Virus record (IMG/VR): IMGVR_UViG_3300029448_000057
Coordinates: 1-53,259 of that record
Strand: one strand, 5' to 3'
Length of the DNA: 53,259 nt
Source of the DNA: a virus
Taxonomy: Duplodnaviria; Caudoviricetes
The position numbers were made by a program, and so were the translations under genes. The notes under the pieces were generated by a model. It did not search any database. It was given only the letters and a program-made list of their open reading frames with translations, and had not been told where the DNA came from. Numbering within the stretch: position 1 is the first letter of the stretch; each line of letters opens with the position of its first letter. Shown here piece by piece: positions 27,531 through 36,642 of this stretch.

Positions 27531-29407
27531 TGTTACAAGAGTCTTTTTTTAAACCAGACTCTGATTGGAGTCCGCCTACAAGTTTTCCTAATCTAACTAC
27601 TGCTAAAGAAATAGCCATAGATTTAGAAACTTATGATCCTTTGCTACTTACTCATGGTCCAAGCTGGGCATTAGGTCAAGGTAGGATTATAGGTATCTGT
27701 GTCGCTACTGAAGGATACAAGGGTTATTTTCCTGTAGCTCATGAGAACGGTGCTAATTTAGATAAAGGTGTGGTTTACAGGTGGTTAGCTAATTTATTAG
27801 TTTGTAAGAACGATAAAATTTTTCATAACGCACAGTATGACGTAGGTTGGTTATTATCTGAAGGCTTTATTATTAATGGTAAGATACACGATACTATGAT
27901 GGCTGCTCCTTTAATAAATGAAAATGAGTACAGTTATTCATTAAATAATTTAGGTAAAAGGTTTTTAAATGAAATAAAAGATGAGTCCCTGTTGACAGAG
28001 GCAGCAGAGGCTTTAGGTATTAATCCTAAGTCAGAGATGTATAAATTAGAACCTAAGTATGTAGGTTTATATGGAGAACAAGATGCTGACTTAACTTACA
28101 GGTTATGGCAGGTATTAAAAAAGAAATTAGTAGAGGAGGGTGTAGAGGAAATATATGAGCTTGAGTCATCACTCATTAGAGTATTAATTGACATGCGTAA
28201 ACGTGGTGTAAGAGTTGACTTAGATAAAGCTGAACAGGTCGGTAAAAAACTAGAGAAGGAAGAAAACAAATTACTTGATCAAATTAAAAAAGATTATGGC
28301 TATCGCCCTGATCTATGGTCAGCAGCCTCTGTGGCACAGGTATTTGATAGAGCTGGGTTAAGCTACCCTACCTCGCCTAAATTAAAAGCTCCAAGTTTTA
28401 CAGCTGTGTGGTTAGAAGATCATAACCATAAGTTGCCTTTAGCTATCGGTAAGGCTAGAAAAATCAATAAAGCTAGAACTACTTTTATAGATAAGATGAT
28501 TATGGAACATCAGGTCAAAGGTAGGTTGCACGGTGAGTTACACCCATTAAGGTCAGACGACGGTGGTACTGTTACAGGAAGGTTTAGTTCAAGTAACCCT
28601 AACTTACAGCAAGTACCTGCTAGAGACCCAGAACTTGGACCTATGATACGTTCTTTGTTTTTACCTGAAGAAGATATGCACTGGGGTTGTTTTGATTACT
28701 CACAACAAGAACCTAGACTTACTGTGCATTATTCTGTAATGACTAATCAACAAGGGGCACAAGAAGCTGCAGATGAGTACCGTAACGAAAATGCAGACTT
28801 TCACCAGATAGTTGCTGACATGGCTAACATAAGTCGTAAAGAGGCAAAAGATATTAATCTTGGTCTAAGCTACGGTATGGGTAAAGAAAAGCTGACTAAG
28901 CAGTTAGGTATAAGTGTAGAAGAAGCGGAAAGGTTGTTTGAACAGTACCATGCAAGAGTGCCTTTTGTCCGTGGTCTACGAGACAGTGCAGCACGACTGG
29001 CTGCTAATAGAGGGTACATAACCACACTATTAGGTCGTAAGTGTAGGTTTAACTTATACGAGCCAAAGTTTGATAGAAATACTCCGTATCCTTACGAGAA
29101 AGCTATAGAGGTTTATGGAGATAAAATTAAAAGGGCTTTTACATATAAAGCTATGAATCGATTAATACAAGGTTCAGCAGCAGATATGACTAAGAAAGCA
29201 ATGTTAAATTTGTATAGGGAGGGGTTTTTAGCACATGCTCAAGTACACGATGAATTAGATATTTCAGTGGGGGATAAAAAAGAGTGTGACATAGTAGTTG
29301 AGATTATGCGTGACTGTGTTACACTTAAAGTTCCTAATAAAGTTGATGCTGAGATAGGTGTAAACTGGGGGAGTGTTGAAGATTATAAGGAGTATTTTGC
29401 TAAGTAA
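27530..29407 (+). CDS. polA: DNA polymerase family A with 3'-5' exonuclease
   Basis: DLET, HNAQYD, TGRFSS.NPNLQQ, DYSQQE.R, AKDINLGLSYG, NRLIQGSAAD, VHDE. Confidence 0.96.
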   Translation: MLQESFFKPDSDWSPPTSFPNLTTAKEIAIDLETYDPLLLTHGPSWALGQGRIIGICVATEGYKGYFPVAHENGANLDKGVVYRWLANLLVCKNDKIFHNAQYDVGWLLSEGFIINGKIHDTMMAAPLINENEYSYSLNNLGKRFLNEIKDESLLTEAAEALGINPKSEMYKLEPKYVGLYGEQDADLTYRLWQVLKKKLVEEGVEEIYELESSLIRVLIDMRKRGVRVDLDKAEQVGKKLEKEENKLLDQIKKDYGYRPDLWSAASVAQVFDRAGLSYPTSPKLKAPSFTAVWLEDHNHKLPLAIGKARKINKARTTFIDKMIMEHQVKGRLHGELHPLRSDDGGTVTGRFSSSNPNLQQVPARDPELGPMIRSLFLPEEDMHWGCFDYSQQEPRLTVHYSVMTNQQGAQEAADEYRNENADFHQIVADMANISRKEAKDINLGLSYGMGKEKLTKQLGISVEEAERLFEQYHARVPFVRGLRDSAARLAANRGYITTLLGRKCRFNLYEPKFDRNTPYPYEKAIEVYGDKIKRAFTYKAMNRLIQGSAADMTKKAMLNLYREGFLAHAQVHDELDISVGDKKECDIVVEIMRDCVTLKVPNKVDAEIGVNWGSVEDYKEYFAK

Positions 29408-29410
29408 CAG

Positions 29411-29737
29411 ATGAAAAAAACTGAGAGAAAAAAACTGTACTTTGAAATATACATGTTATACACTAACAGTGATATTACATTAGAAGATTTAGGCTATAAG
29501 TACGACATGTCAAAACAGAGAGTGTGGCAAATTATTAGGATGTCAAAGATAGGCATGAGTGATTACTATAAAGGATTAAAGGTATATAATGATATCAATA
29601 GGGACTTTAGAACAAACTACTCACACATGGGTAAGAGTTATGTAAACGAACTTATGCGTGCGTGGTTAAGGGAAAATAATATACGCTTAATTAAAAATGG
29701 CACAGAAAAGTTTACACAGGACTACGAGTTTAGCTGA
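29411..29737 (+). CDS. HTH DNA-binding protein (sigma region-4-like)
   Basis: TLEDLGYKYDMSKQRVWQII. Confidence 0.65.
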   Translation: MKKTERKKLYFEIYMLYTNSDITLEDLGYKYDMSKQRVWQIIRMSKIGMSDYYKGLKVYNDINRDFRTNYSHMGKSYVNELMRAWLRENNIRLIKNGTEKFTQDYEFS

Positions 29738-29954
29738 TTCTCCTTGTATCGGCACATGCTCTGTAACTCAGTGGGGAGATACTACCTGTAAGGGATGTGG
29801 CAGAACTGACCAAGAAATTAGGGAGTGGAACACATACTCAGATAATCAAAAGAAACTTATCGTTATTAACTGTTGGAACTTAGGTTACACACCTAGACAA
29901 AAAAGAGAGCTTGAAGAGGATCTCAAAAAAAGTAACCAATATCCTATAAATTAA
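29697..29954 (+). CDS. DUF1289-like putative Fe-S protein
   Basis: SPCIGTC...CKGCGRT..EI..W. Confidence 0.8.
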   Translation: MAQKSLHRTTSLADSPCIGTCSVTQWGDTTCKGCGRTDQEIREWNTYSDNQKKLIVINCWNLGYTPRQKRELEEDLKKSNQYPIN

Positions 29955-30012
29955 TTTAATCCCCTATAAGTTATTAGGTAACTTTTAACCATATAACAAA
30001 GGAGGTATAAAT

Positions 30013-31044
30013 ATGGCACACCAAGTTGAAACTATGGCTTACGCTGGGCAAGTTCCCTGGCATGGCTTAGGAGTGAAAGTTGAAGATAACTTAACTCCCG
30101 ACGAGATGCTTGTACAAGCTGGACTTAATTGGACAGTTAGTAAAAGACATCTTTACACACACGCTGACCCTGATGTCAACGCTAGTGATGACTTGTTATT
30201 TGTTGACAAGTACTCAGTGTTGGTTAGGGATAGTGATAATAAAACCTTTGGTCCAGTCGGTCCCAAGTTCATACCAACCCAGAATAAGGATGCTTTTAAG
30301 TTCTTTAAAAAGTTTACTGATGCTGGTAATATGAAGATGGATACCGCTGGTTCACTTAAAAACGGTGAGCAGGTTTGGGGTTTAGCCAAAATTAATGATG
30401 GCTTTACTCTTCCTGGAGATGACCGTGTTTTAGGTTACTTATTATTAAGCGTGTCCCACACTTGGGGTAAAGCTAATGAGATTAGGTTTACTCCTATAAG
30501 AGTTGTGTGTAACAATACTTTGAGTTATGCTCTAGGTATGAAGGACACTATGGGCTCGTTTAAAATGAGTCATACACAAGTGTTCGACAACGACTTGATA
30601 TACGCTGCTGAGCAAGCACTAGGTATAGCTGATGACCAAATGAGTCTATACAAAGAGCAGGCAGAGTTCTTAAGTTCTAAGAGCTATACACAAGAAAAGG
30701 TAGTATCATACATTAGTGAGTTACTTCAACCTGACTTACTAAAACAACAGTCTGAGATGGAAAAAACTACTGAAATAAGGGCTATCGCTAATCGTCAAAC
30801 TATGCTTGACGAGTTTAAGATGATTCCTTCCCTTGTGCATTCTTCATTAGAGACACAACCTGGAGCCAACATGAAGTCCTCTAAAGGGACTTGGTGGGGT
30901 GCAGCGAATGCAGTTACTTACGTCATTGACCATAAGTGGGGTCGTGATAGAGATGCTTCGTTACACAACGCATGGTTTGGTGGACGTGCTAACCTTAAGA
31001 ATAAAGCGATGGATTTAGCCGTCGAATACGCTAAGGCAGCATAA
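30013..31044 (+). CDS. DUF932 / TIGR03299-like phage-plasmid protein
   Basis: PWHGLG, AGLNW.V, TAGSL..G..VW, TPIRVVCNNTL, GTWWG..NAVT; RBS GGAGG. Confidence 0.88.
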   Translation: MAHQVETMAYAGQVPWHGLGVKVEDNLTPDEMLVQAGLNWTVSKRHLYTHADPDVNASDDLLFVDKYSVLVRDSDNKTFGPVGPKFIPTQNKDAFKFFKKFTDAGNMKMDTAGSLKNGEQVWGLAKINDGFTLPGDDRVLGYLLLSVSHTWGKANEIRFTPIRVVCNNTLSYALGMKDTMGSFKMSHTQVFDNDLIYAAEQALGIADDQMSLYKEQAEFLSSKSYTQEKVVSYISELLQPDLLKQQSEMEKTTEIRAIANRQTMLDEFKMIPSLVHSSLETQPGANMKSSKGTWWGAANAVTYVIDHKWGRDRDASLHNAWFGGRANLKNKAMDLAVEYAKAA

Positions 31045-31343
31045 TGAGAGATTACAGCTACGAGGAACTAGCAGACCTTACACAAGAGTTGGCTGAGGAA
31101 CTCGTAGCTGTAGCTCGTGAAAGAGCTATTGAAAGAGGACTACCTACTCACCTTATCTCAGGTGCCATGCTCTTTGGTGCCGTTGCAGCTGCCATCCGTA
31201 TGGCTGAAGATCAAAGCGAAGATTCTGAATTAAGTTACGATGATATTGACTTTCACAGCCTATCAACTGTAATGAAAATCGGTCTTGACTCTGCGATTTT
31301 TTATTATGGCAACATACAAGAAGACTACGATACTTTACACTAA
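31044..31343 (+). CDS. Hypothetical acidic protein
   Basis: Coupled 99 aa ORF. Confidence 0.6.
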   Translation: MRDYSYEELADLTQELAEELVAVARERAIERGLPTHLISGAMLFGAVAAAIRMAEDQSEDSELSYDDIDFHSLSTVMKIGLDSAIFYYGNIQEDYDTLH

Positions 31344-31374
31344 TCTTTACTTTAATTACGATCTGTTATAATAT
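31341..31374 (+). promoter_or_regulatory. Early promoter (family member)
   Basis: TTTACT 31346-N17-TAATAT 31369 with GATC at 31360. Confidence 0.6.
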
Positions 31375-31401
31375 TTACTATTATTAACTAAGGAGCATTT
31401 T

Positions 31402-31755
31402 ATGAGCAAAGAAAGTTTAAAAAAAAGTTTAACTTGGAAAGATCTGAGAGAACTTATCAACCTATCCACTAAGAGAAAATATAATAGAGTATTGAACATT
31501 GATTTTTTATTCACTAATATAAAAGAAAATTATAACGAACTAAATGAGGACACTGTTTTTATAGCTTCACCACTCATGGTTCATGAACACAAAGAGGGTA
31601 AAAAGTGTGAACCACACATGAGAATATCTGTATGGGTTCCTGGATTAAATCAAATAGTACTCGACTGTGATATGGATTTGTGGCGTAGTTATGAGTCTTT
31701 AGGTGATGCTACAGAAACATTAGTCGAACTTTTTCAAAACAAAGAGGTACATTAA
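31402..31755 (+). CDS. Hypothetical protein
   Basis: RBS AAGGAG; 117 aa. Confidence 0.65.
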   Translation: MSKESLKKSLTWKDLRELINLSTKRKYNRVLNIDFLFTNIKENYNELNEDTVFIASPLMVHEHKEGKKCEPHMRISVWVPGLNQIVLDCDMDLWRSYESLGDATETLVELFQNKEVH

Positions 31756-31991
31756 TGGAAATTACTAAAGATATTCCTATCCCTGAACTTAAAACCCCCA
31801 GCAGAAACAAATATGATTTGTGGAAAATGGAGGTAGGTGACAGTTTTGCTATACCATTTAACGATACTGATGCTGTTAAAGTTAGAACTGCTGTTAGTAA
31901 CTATGGACGCAGGAACGATAAAAAGTTTGTAACTCGTAAAGTTATGGAAGATGATCAAACTTTTTTACGTGTGTGGAGGATTGATGCCTGA
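31755..31991 (+). CDS. Small putative DNA-binding protein
   Basis: KY....MEVGDSF...RVWR motif. Confidence 0.7.
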   Translation: MEITKDIPIPELKTPSRNKYDLWKMEVGDSFAIPFNDTDAVKVRTAVSNYGRRNDKKFVTRKVMEDDQTFLRVWRIDA

Positions 31992-32193
31992 TAAATATAA
32001 TCTTAAAACTATGAAGCAAGGTGACGGTTTTTTCCGTACTTGTGAGAGCAGGAAAGAAGCTAATAAAATAGCTGACTCAGTTTACAAATATGCTAAGAGA
32101 TATGGTAAAAGATTTACCACTAATATTAAACCATGGTTTCATAACAACTTTCAAATCTTAGTACAAAGGTTGCCTGATGAAACTGACACCTAA
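31984..32193 (+). CDS. Tandem paralogue of preceding small protein
   Basis: ATG 31984 after GGAGG; KY....MKQGDGF...YAKRYGKRF.T. Confidence 0.65.
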   Translation: MPDKYNLKTMKQGDGFFRTCESRKEANKIADSVYKYAKRYGKRFTTNIKPWFHNNFQILVQRLPDETDT

Positions 32194-32647
32194 ACAAGAG
32201 AAGTTTGCTCAAGCAGTGGCTAAAGGTATGTCCAAAAAAGATGCTGCTATAGAAGCTGGTTACTCAGAAAAAAATGCTGGTAAAGCAGGCACTACCCTTA
32301 CCAGTGATCAATATCCCCTAGTACAAGACAGAATAAAAACCCTACAGACTAGAGCAGCAGATAAAGCTGAGTTGAGCCTTACTACTCACCTTACTGATTT
32401 AAAAGATATACGGGATGGTGCTATGCGTAATAATGCTTTCAGTGCAGCTGTAACAGCAGAAGTGGCTCGTGGTAAGGCAGCAGGTCTGTATGTTAATCGT
32501 AGTGAACTTACTGTTAATAGAGTTGACACTATGTCAAAAGATGAAGTGTTAGAAAGAATGAAACAACTTTATCATGAGACTGGTGGTATACTGCCACAAG
32601 GTAAGTTTATCGAAGGCGATTACGAAGAAATAGATAATACTGACTAG
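32177..32647 (+). CDS. terS: Terminase small subunit
   Basis: LTPKQEKF......G.....AAIEAGYS HTH; SAAV.AE..RGK..GLY. Confidence 0.75.
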   Translation: MKLTPKQEKFAQAVAKGMSKKDAAIEAGYSEKNAGKAGTTLTSDQYPLVQDRIKTLQTRAADKAELSLTTHLTDLKDIRDGAMRNNAFSAAVTAEVARGKAAGLYVNRSELTVNRVDTMSKDEVLERMKQLYHETGGILPQGKFIEGDYEEIDNTD

Positions 32648-32712
32648 TCCTTTACCATCATAACGATGTCGGGCTAAATAAGTTTACTTAATTAATTTAT
32701 ATGGAGGAACTT

Positions 32713-32847
32713 ATGAGTACAAAAGAAAAACGCATGACACCTGAAGAACGTAGACGTATCAGTAGCCAATACACTATCGCCCCTGCTTACAACAAGGGAG
32801 CCTATCAAGTTATACCTAAAAAAGACATCAAACATATAGGGAGGTAA
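32713..32847 (+). CDS. 44 aa micro-protein with APAYNKGAYQVI motif, not in track
   Basis: RBS GGAGG; MSTKEKRMTPEERRRISSQYTIAPAYNKGAYQVIPKKDIKHIGR*. Confidence 0.75.
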   Translation: MSTKEKRMTPEERRRISSQYTIAPAYNKGAYQVIPKKDIKHIGR

Positions 32848-32848
32848 C

Positions 32849-33157
32849 ATGACACAATACACTAACGAAGTTATAAGAGTTCACTTAATGCAAAAAGCTA
32901 AAGAGTGGGGCATGTCACCGATCATGTATTACTACCATGATGGTATAGCTGAAACAAGATATCAAGACGGTACTATAGAAGAATTACACAAGGGCGAGGA
33001 GAACCCACGTGTCTACCCTAGTGATTGGTCTGATGAAGATTATTTAGAACAGTTCATGCGTAGCGATGTGTTTAGGAGACAAGAAAAATATGAAGAGTGG
33101 CATAGTCTAAAAGTGGGTAAGGACGGGAGATTATATGATTCAATCATACAAGAATGA
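32849..33157 (+). CDS. Hypothetical protein
   Basis: RBS GGAGG; 102 aa. Confidence 0.6.
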   Translation: MTQYTNEVIRVHLMQKAKEWGMSPIMYYYHDGIAETRYQDGTIEELHKGEENPRVYPSDWSDEDYLEQFMRSDVFRRQEKYEEWHSLKVGKDGRLYDSIIQE

Positions 33158-33713
33158 GATACGTCAGGATATTCATAATTGGATTAATAACTTTCTTAAT
33201 CATCCTAACCCAAACACTAGCGGTGAACTTCTCTGTCCATTTGCTAAATCTATACTCGACTCTGGGAAACTAAGAATAGAAGTCAACAGCACTTTATTTA
33301 GTCCTGCCTTTTACGACAAGATGATTCCTACTTTTGATCCTAGTAAAGAGGAAGTTTTAATACTTGCCTCTACTACTGATGATAGATCAAAAGCAGAGTT
33401 GTCTTCTTATTGTAAGTATGGTAACTATATACACTATTACAAAGATGATATTTATTTAATGGACTTTCACCCAGATAACAGTGATGAAGCTGAAGAGCAG
33501 TTTGGTACTAGTGACTATAGTGACGTTGATCCTGTTCCGTATACCATGCTGTTTGTACAAAAACTAAGTTCATTAGTGAAAGCATCAAGACAGCTACAGC
33601 TTAGAAATTATTATGATAAATGGGAACATCTTGATTATATTAATCTTGTAAAGCCTAGAGAAATACTCTGGAAAATGTTTAAGAATTATCATGCTAATAG
33701 GTTGACCAATTAG
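33135..33713 (+). CDS. DUF1415-like protein
   Basis: WI..F...LCPFA, FHPD, PY.MLF.Q motifs. Confidence 0.6.
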   Translation: MIQSYKNEIRQDIHNWINNFLNHPNPNTSGELLCPFAKSILDSGKLRIEVNSTLFSPAFYDKMIPTFDPSKEEVLILASTTDDRSKAELSSYCKYGNYIHYYKDDIYLMDFHPDNSDEAEEQFGTSDYSDVDPVPYTMLFVQKLSSLVKASRQLQLRNYYDKWEHLDYINLVKPREILWKMFKNYHANRLTN

Positions 33714-33717
33714 CATG

Positions 33718-33853
33718 ACAATGAGAGACTGTCAGACTTCCTCTCCTGCTTGTTTGCTGGTGGGCTGCCCAAAGTTAGATGTGTGTGATATCCTTGACAG
33801 TCGGGGTTTATTGTTTTTACCTTTCATAGCGGATTAATCTAACACAGCAAACA
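33718..33853 (+). ncRNA. Candidate structured (pseudoknotted) RNA
   Basis: Three complementary pairs: 33727-34/33795-802, 33751-59/33845-53, 33774-80/33837-43. Confidence 0.45.
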
Positions 33854-33871
33854 CTCCCCTAAAACTTAGGA

Positions 33872-33906
33872 TAATGCTAAGGACTAAAACCGATCTAGGT
33901 AATAAT
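33872..33906 (+). promoter_or_regulatory. Early promoter (family member)
   Basis: TAATGCTAAGGA...GATC...AATAAT, then TAACTATAAAGGAG RBS. Confidence 0.55.
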
Positions 33907-33935
33907 TACTTTTTAACTATAAAGGAGTAAATATT

Positions 33936-34322
33936 ATGAATCAAGAACTTAAAGCTAAAGTCAAAGACTCAATGCGTCTTTGGTATGAGACCTGTGTCTT
34001 TGTTGACGGTCATGGTTTTTACCGTGCTGAGATGTACAAAGATGCTGGAGTACCTAGCGAGTTAGTTGATGACCTCGTCAGAAACCATAAATCTAAACCT
34101 ATAGGTTACGATAACCCTATCGGCAAGGAAACCATTTTTGGTAGTGACGGTCAAGTCATGGATGAAACTTATGCTGTGTATCATAATGACTTTCTTGCTG
34201 CTATCTGCGTTGCTTTAGGCTTAGACGCTACGAGTAATGCTTGGGGTAGGGGATTTAGGTCTAAGGAACTTTATAATCGCATACGAAAATTTAAGGAGGG
34301 TTTAGAAAATGAGCTTGTTTAA
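33936..34322 (+). CDS. Hypothetical early protein
   Basis: RBS AAGGAG; 128 aa. Confidence 0.7.
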   Translation: MNQELKAKVKDSMRLWYETCVFVDGHGFYRAEMYKDAGVPSELVDDLVRNHKSKPIGYDNPIGKETIFGSDGQVMDETYAVYHNDFLAAICVALGLDATSNAWGRGFRSKELYNRIRKFKEGLENELV

Positions 34323-34431
34323 ATATGAGGATCCAGTTATTGAGTGTGACTACTGTGGTAAAGAAGCTGTAGTACAACAATCAGGGATATTTTTATGTGG
34401 TTGTTGTTCGGGGGTGTACAATGGTAACTAA
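34309..34431 (+). CDS. 40 aa zinc-ribbon micro-protein, not in track
   Basis: RBS AAGGAGG; MSLFKYEDPVIECDYCGKEAVVQQSGIFLCGCCSGVYNGN*. Confidence 0.65.
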   Translation: MSLFKYEDPVIECDYCGKEAVVQQSGIFLCGCCSGVYNGN

Positions 34432-34579
34432 GGCTAGAGGTGGTAAAGTTGAACACCTATCAAAAACAGGAGCTCGTGGTAAAAAAACTTCTCAAGGTAA
34501 TCACCGCAACATAGGTTTTAGTACCATGAATAAAAATAAACGTAGATCATTTAAATCATATCGAGGTCAAGGAAGATGA
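34421..34579 (+). CDS. Small basic protein ending YRGQGR
   Basis: ATG 34421 preferred; KKTSQG...MNK.KRRSFKSYRGQGR. Confidence 0.7.
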   Translation: MVTKARGGKVEHLSKTGARGKKTSQGNHRNIGFSTMNKNKRRSFKSYRGQGR

Positions 34580-34956
34580 TTATAGCAGAAAAAGATCATG
34601 AAGCTCGTATTATTCGTGGCTTCTTGTACTACTTGTTTAGAGAGTGTAATTTATATTGGCACGATGATAGCGATATTGATCACGATAAAAAAGAGTATGG
34701 CAATTATGTAAAACTGAGAAAGTTTTTAGTTCGTGAGGGCTTTATCTTAGATGATGAGCACTACGACTTGTCAAGGGAACTTTATAAGTTTTCAGACTTC
34801 TATGCTAATGTTCCGTACCATAGTAAATACTATAATGATCCACAGCGTGATGCTGACTTTGAAAAAGCATTTGATAAAGTTATGAGTCATTACGATAGCT
34901 TCCCTGAAGATGTAAAAGCAGAAATAGATGAAGATTTATCTGAGTTTGAACTATGA
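34576..34956 (+). CDS. Hypothetical acidic protein
   Basis: ATGA overlap; 126 aa. Confidence 0.6.
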   Translation: MIIAEKDHEARIIRGFLYYLFRECNLYWHDDSDIDHDKKEYGNYVKLRKFLVREGFILDDEHYDLSRELYKFSDFYANVPYHSKYYNDPQRDADFEKAFDKVMSHYDSFPEDVKAEIDEDLSEFEL

Positions 34957-35156
34957 CGTTTGAAGAAGCTGAACTTAAGTTTTTGAAAAAGACACCAAAA
35001 GGTTTTGAGAAAAAACCTTGTAAGGATTATTCGTCGTTACGCAAAGGTGGCTGGATCATTAGGGATACCGAAGAAATGACAATCGGTTGGGTAGGTAAAC
35101 GAGGTGACATCCAAGTTTACGATTACCGTGACCGTGTTCCAGGAGATGATCATTAG
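34953..35156 (+). CDS. Hypothetical protein
   Basis: ATGA overlap; 67 aa. Confidence 0.6.
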   Translation: MTFEEAELKFLKKTPKGFEKKPCKDYSSLRKGGWIIRDTEEMTIGWVGKRGDIQVYDYRDRVPGDDH

Positions 35157-35163
35157 ATTGTTA

Positions 35164-35192
35164 TTTACTATGGTATTCTTCTACTTTAATAT
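35164..35192 (+). promoter_or_regulatory. Sigma70-like promoter
   Basis: TTTACT 35164-N17-TAATAT 35187. Confidence 0.55.
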
Positions 35193-35248
35193 ATATACTA
35201 AGGTTTGGCATGTGCCAGTAATACCTTAAATAAATCGGAGTAAATATT

Positions 35249-35566
35249 ATGGCTAAAACAGCTGTTAAAAAGAAACCAGGAGTGACTAAAAAAGCTCCTG
35301 TCAAACCAACACCTACTGTTGCTAAGGGTCAGCTATCTAAGATTGCTGAGACTAACAGTGTTAGGATTAATCTAGGTAACTTAGATCCTGACTCAGTAAT
35401 TACCAAAACTGGTAAGATGCCGAGGGTACAACATAACCTAGAGCGTGTCAATGACTTTCACGGCAAGACTGTCCGTGAAGCGTTAGAGTCACGCAGGATG
35501 GATGCTAGAGACATCAAGTATGATGTTGATAAAGGTTTTTACACCTTGGAGTCATCCAGTAAATAA
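35249..35566 (+). CDS. Protein with histone-like basic N-tail and small domain paralogous to 38174-38365
   Basis: AKTAVKKKPGVTKKAPVK; own promoter and terminator. Confidence 0.75.
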   Translation: MAKTAVKKKPGVTKKAPVKPTPTVAKGQLSKIAETNSVRINLGNLDPDSVITKTGKMPRVQHNLERVNDFHGKTVREALESRRMDARDIKYDVDKGFYTLESSSK

Positions 35567-35572
35567 CCCAAG

Positions 35573-35596
35573 TGCCCCTCTTTTGAGGGGCATTTT
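35573..35596 (+). terminator. Rho-independent terminator
   Basis: TGCCCCTC-TTTT-GAGGGGCA-TTTT. Confidence 0.8.
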
Positions 35597-35609
35597 ATTT
35601 AGGAGGTCT

Positions 35610-35858
35610 ATGAAAAGCACTATTGAAGACATGAAGTTAGTTTTATTTGATCCTAAAACCGAGGAGTGCTTAGCTGAATCAGAAGAAGAGATGTGGGATT
35701 ACTTAGGCGAGTACTTAAATCAAGATAATATTAAGACCGAGTTACTTGTTCTTTTGTTAGAGGAGTTGGGGTTTAGTAGAGACCGTGATATATTTTGGAT
35801 GGATGATGAAGACAATCATTTAAAGTATGTTGACTTTAATGAAAAGAAATTTATATGA
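35610..35858 (+). CDS. Hypothetical acidic protein
   Basis: ATG 35610 after AGGAGG (track start 35502 would span the terminator). Confidence 0.65.
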   Translation: MKSTIEDMKLVLFDPKTEECLAESEEEMWDYLGEYLNQDNIKTELLVLLLEELGFSRDRDIFWMDDEDNHLKYVDFNEKKFI

Positions 35859-36181
35859 AAAAGAACTGCCTAAGATGCGAAAAAGTTTTTGAGCCTGAGA
35901 AACCAACAGGTTATTACTGTAGTGAAACATGTATGAGGCAGGATCAATATGAACAAAGAAAAGCTATCTTTAGTAAATCAGATATCAACTCTGGTTTTGA
36001 TCGTGACTATTATCAAACACTAAACCTTGAAGACCTATACGGTCGCTGCACATTGACTGGCGATGCCATAGCGTACATAGAAAAATATAAAGTGGGCGAG
36101 TATTATGTACAAGAAGATACTGAAGAACTTAAACGTATCATGTGGGAAGAATATAAGCCTGTTCGGTTTAAAAAAGATTAA
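35855..36181 (+). CDS. Protein with N-terminal zinc finger
   Basis: CLRCEKVF...YYCSETC. Confidence 0.65.
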   Translation: MKKNCLRCEKVFEPEKPTGYYCSETCMRQDQYEQRKAIFSKSDINSGFDRDYYQTLNLEDLYGRCTLTGDAIAYIEKYKVGEYYVQEDTEELKRIMWEEYKPVRFKKD

Positions 36182-36194
36182 ACAGTCTACTGAC

Positions 36195-36228
36195 TAATGC
36201 TAGGAATGCTAGCGATCCCGCCTATACT
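36195..36228 (+). promoter_or_regulatory. Early promoter (family member)
   Basis: TAATGCTAGGAA...GATC 36214...TATACT 36223. Confidence 0.65.
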
Positions 36229-36261
36229 TTATTAATAACTAATTAAGGAGGTTACAACAAA

Positions 36262-36642
36262 ATGGCAAAATTATATAAAAGTACAGATCTTTTCGATGTT
36301 TACATTATTGATCCACATAATACCCCTATGTTTAGAAGACGCAAGACTGGTTATAGTGTGGCTAGTCCTGAAGGTCGTCTGAAAGTGTTTAGTGGTAGAT
36401 TAAAAGATGCAGAGTATGTCTTGGATATGTATGATGCTCTTTGGTCCAAGGTGGTTGATGAGCGTTTAGGTACTAGACCTGTGCAGGATTTAACTGATGA
36501 TCATATACTTTTAAACTGGGAGAGCTGTGATATTGTAGCGGTTGACCAAAAAGATGACAGCCGTCAGTTCTTTTTTGTCGGTGGTTCTAGTTTACAAGAA
36601 AGATGGTTAGCTAATGAACCTTTTACAGTGGAGGCATTATGA
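36262..36642 (+). CDS. Hypothetical early protein
   Basis: RBS TAAGGAGG; 126 aa. Confidence 0.7.
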   Translation: MAKLYKSTDLFDVYIIDPHNTPMFRRRKTGYSVASPEGRLKVFSGRLKDAEYVLDMYDALWSKVVDERLGTRPVQDLTDDHILLNWESCDIVAVDQKDDSRQFFFVGGSSLQERWLANEPFTVEAL

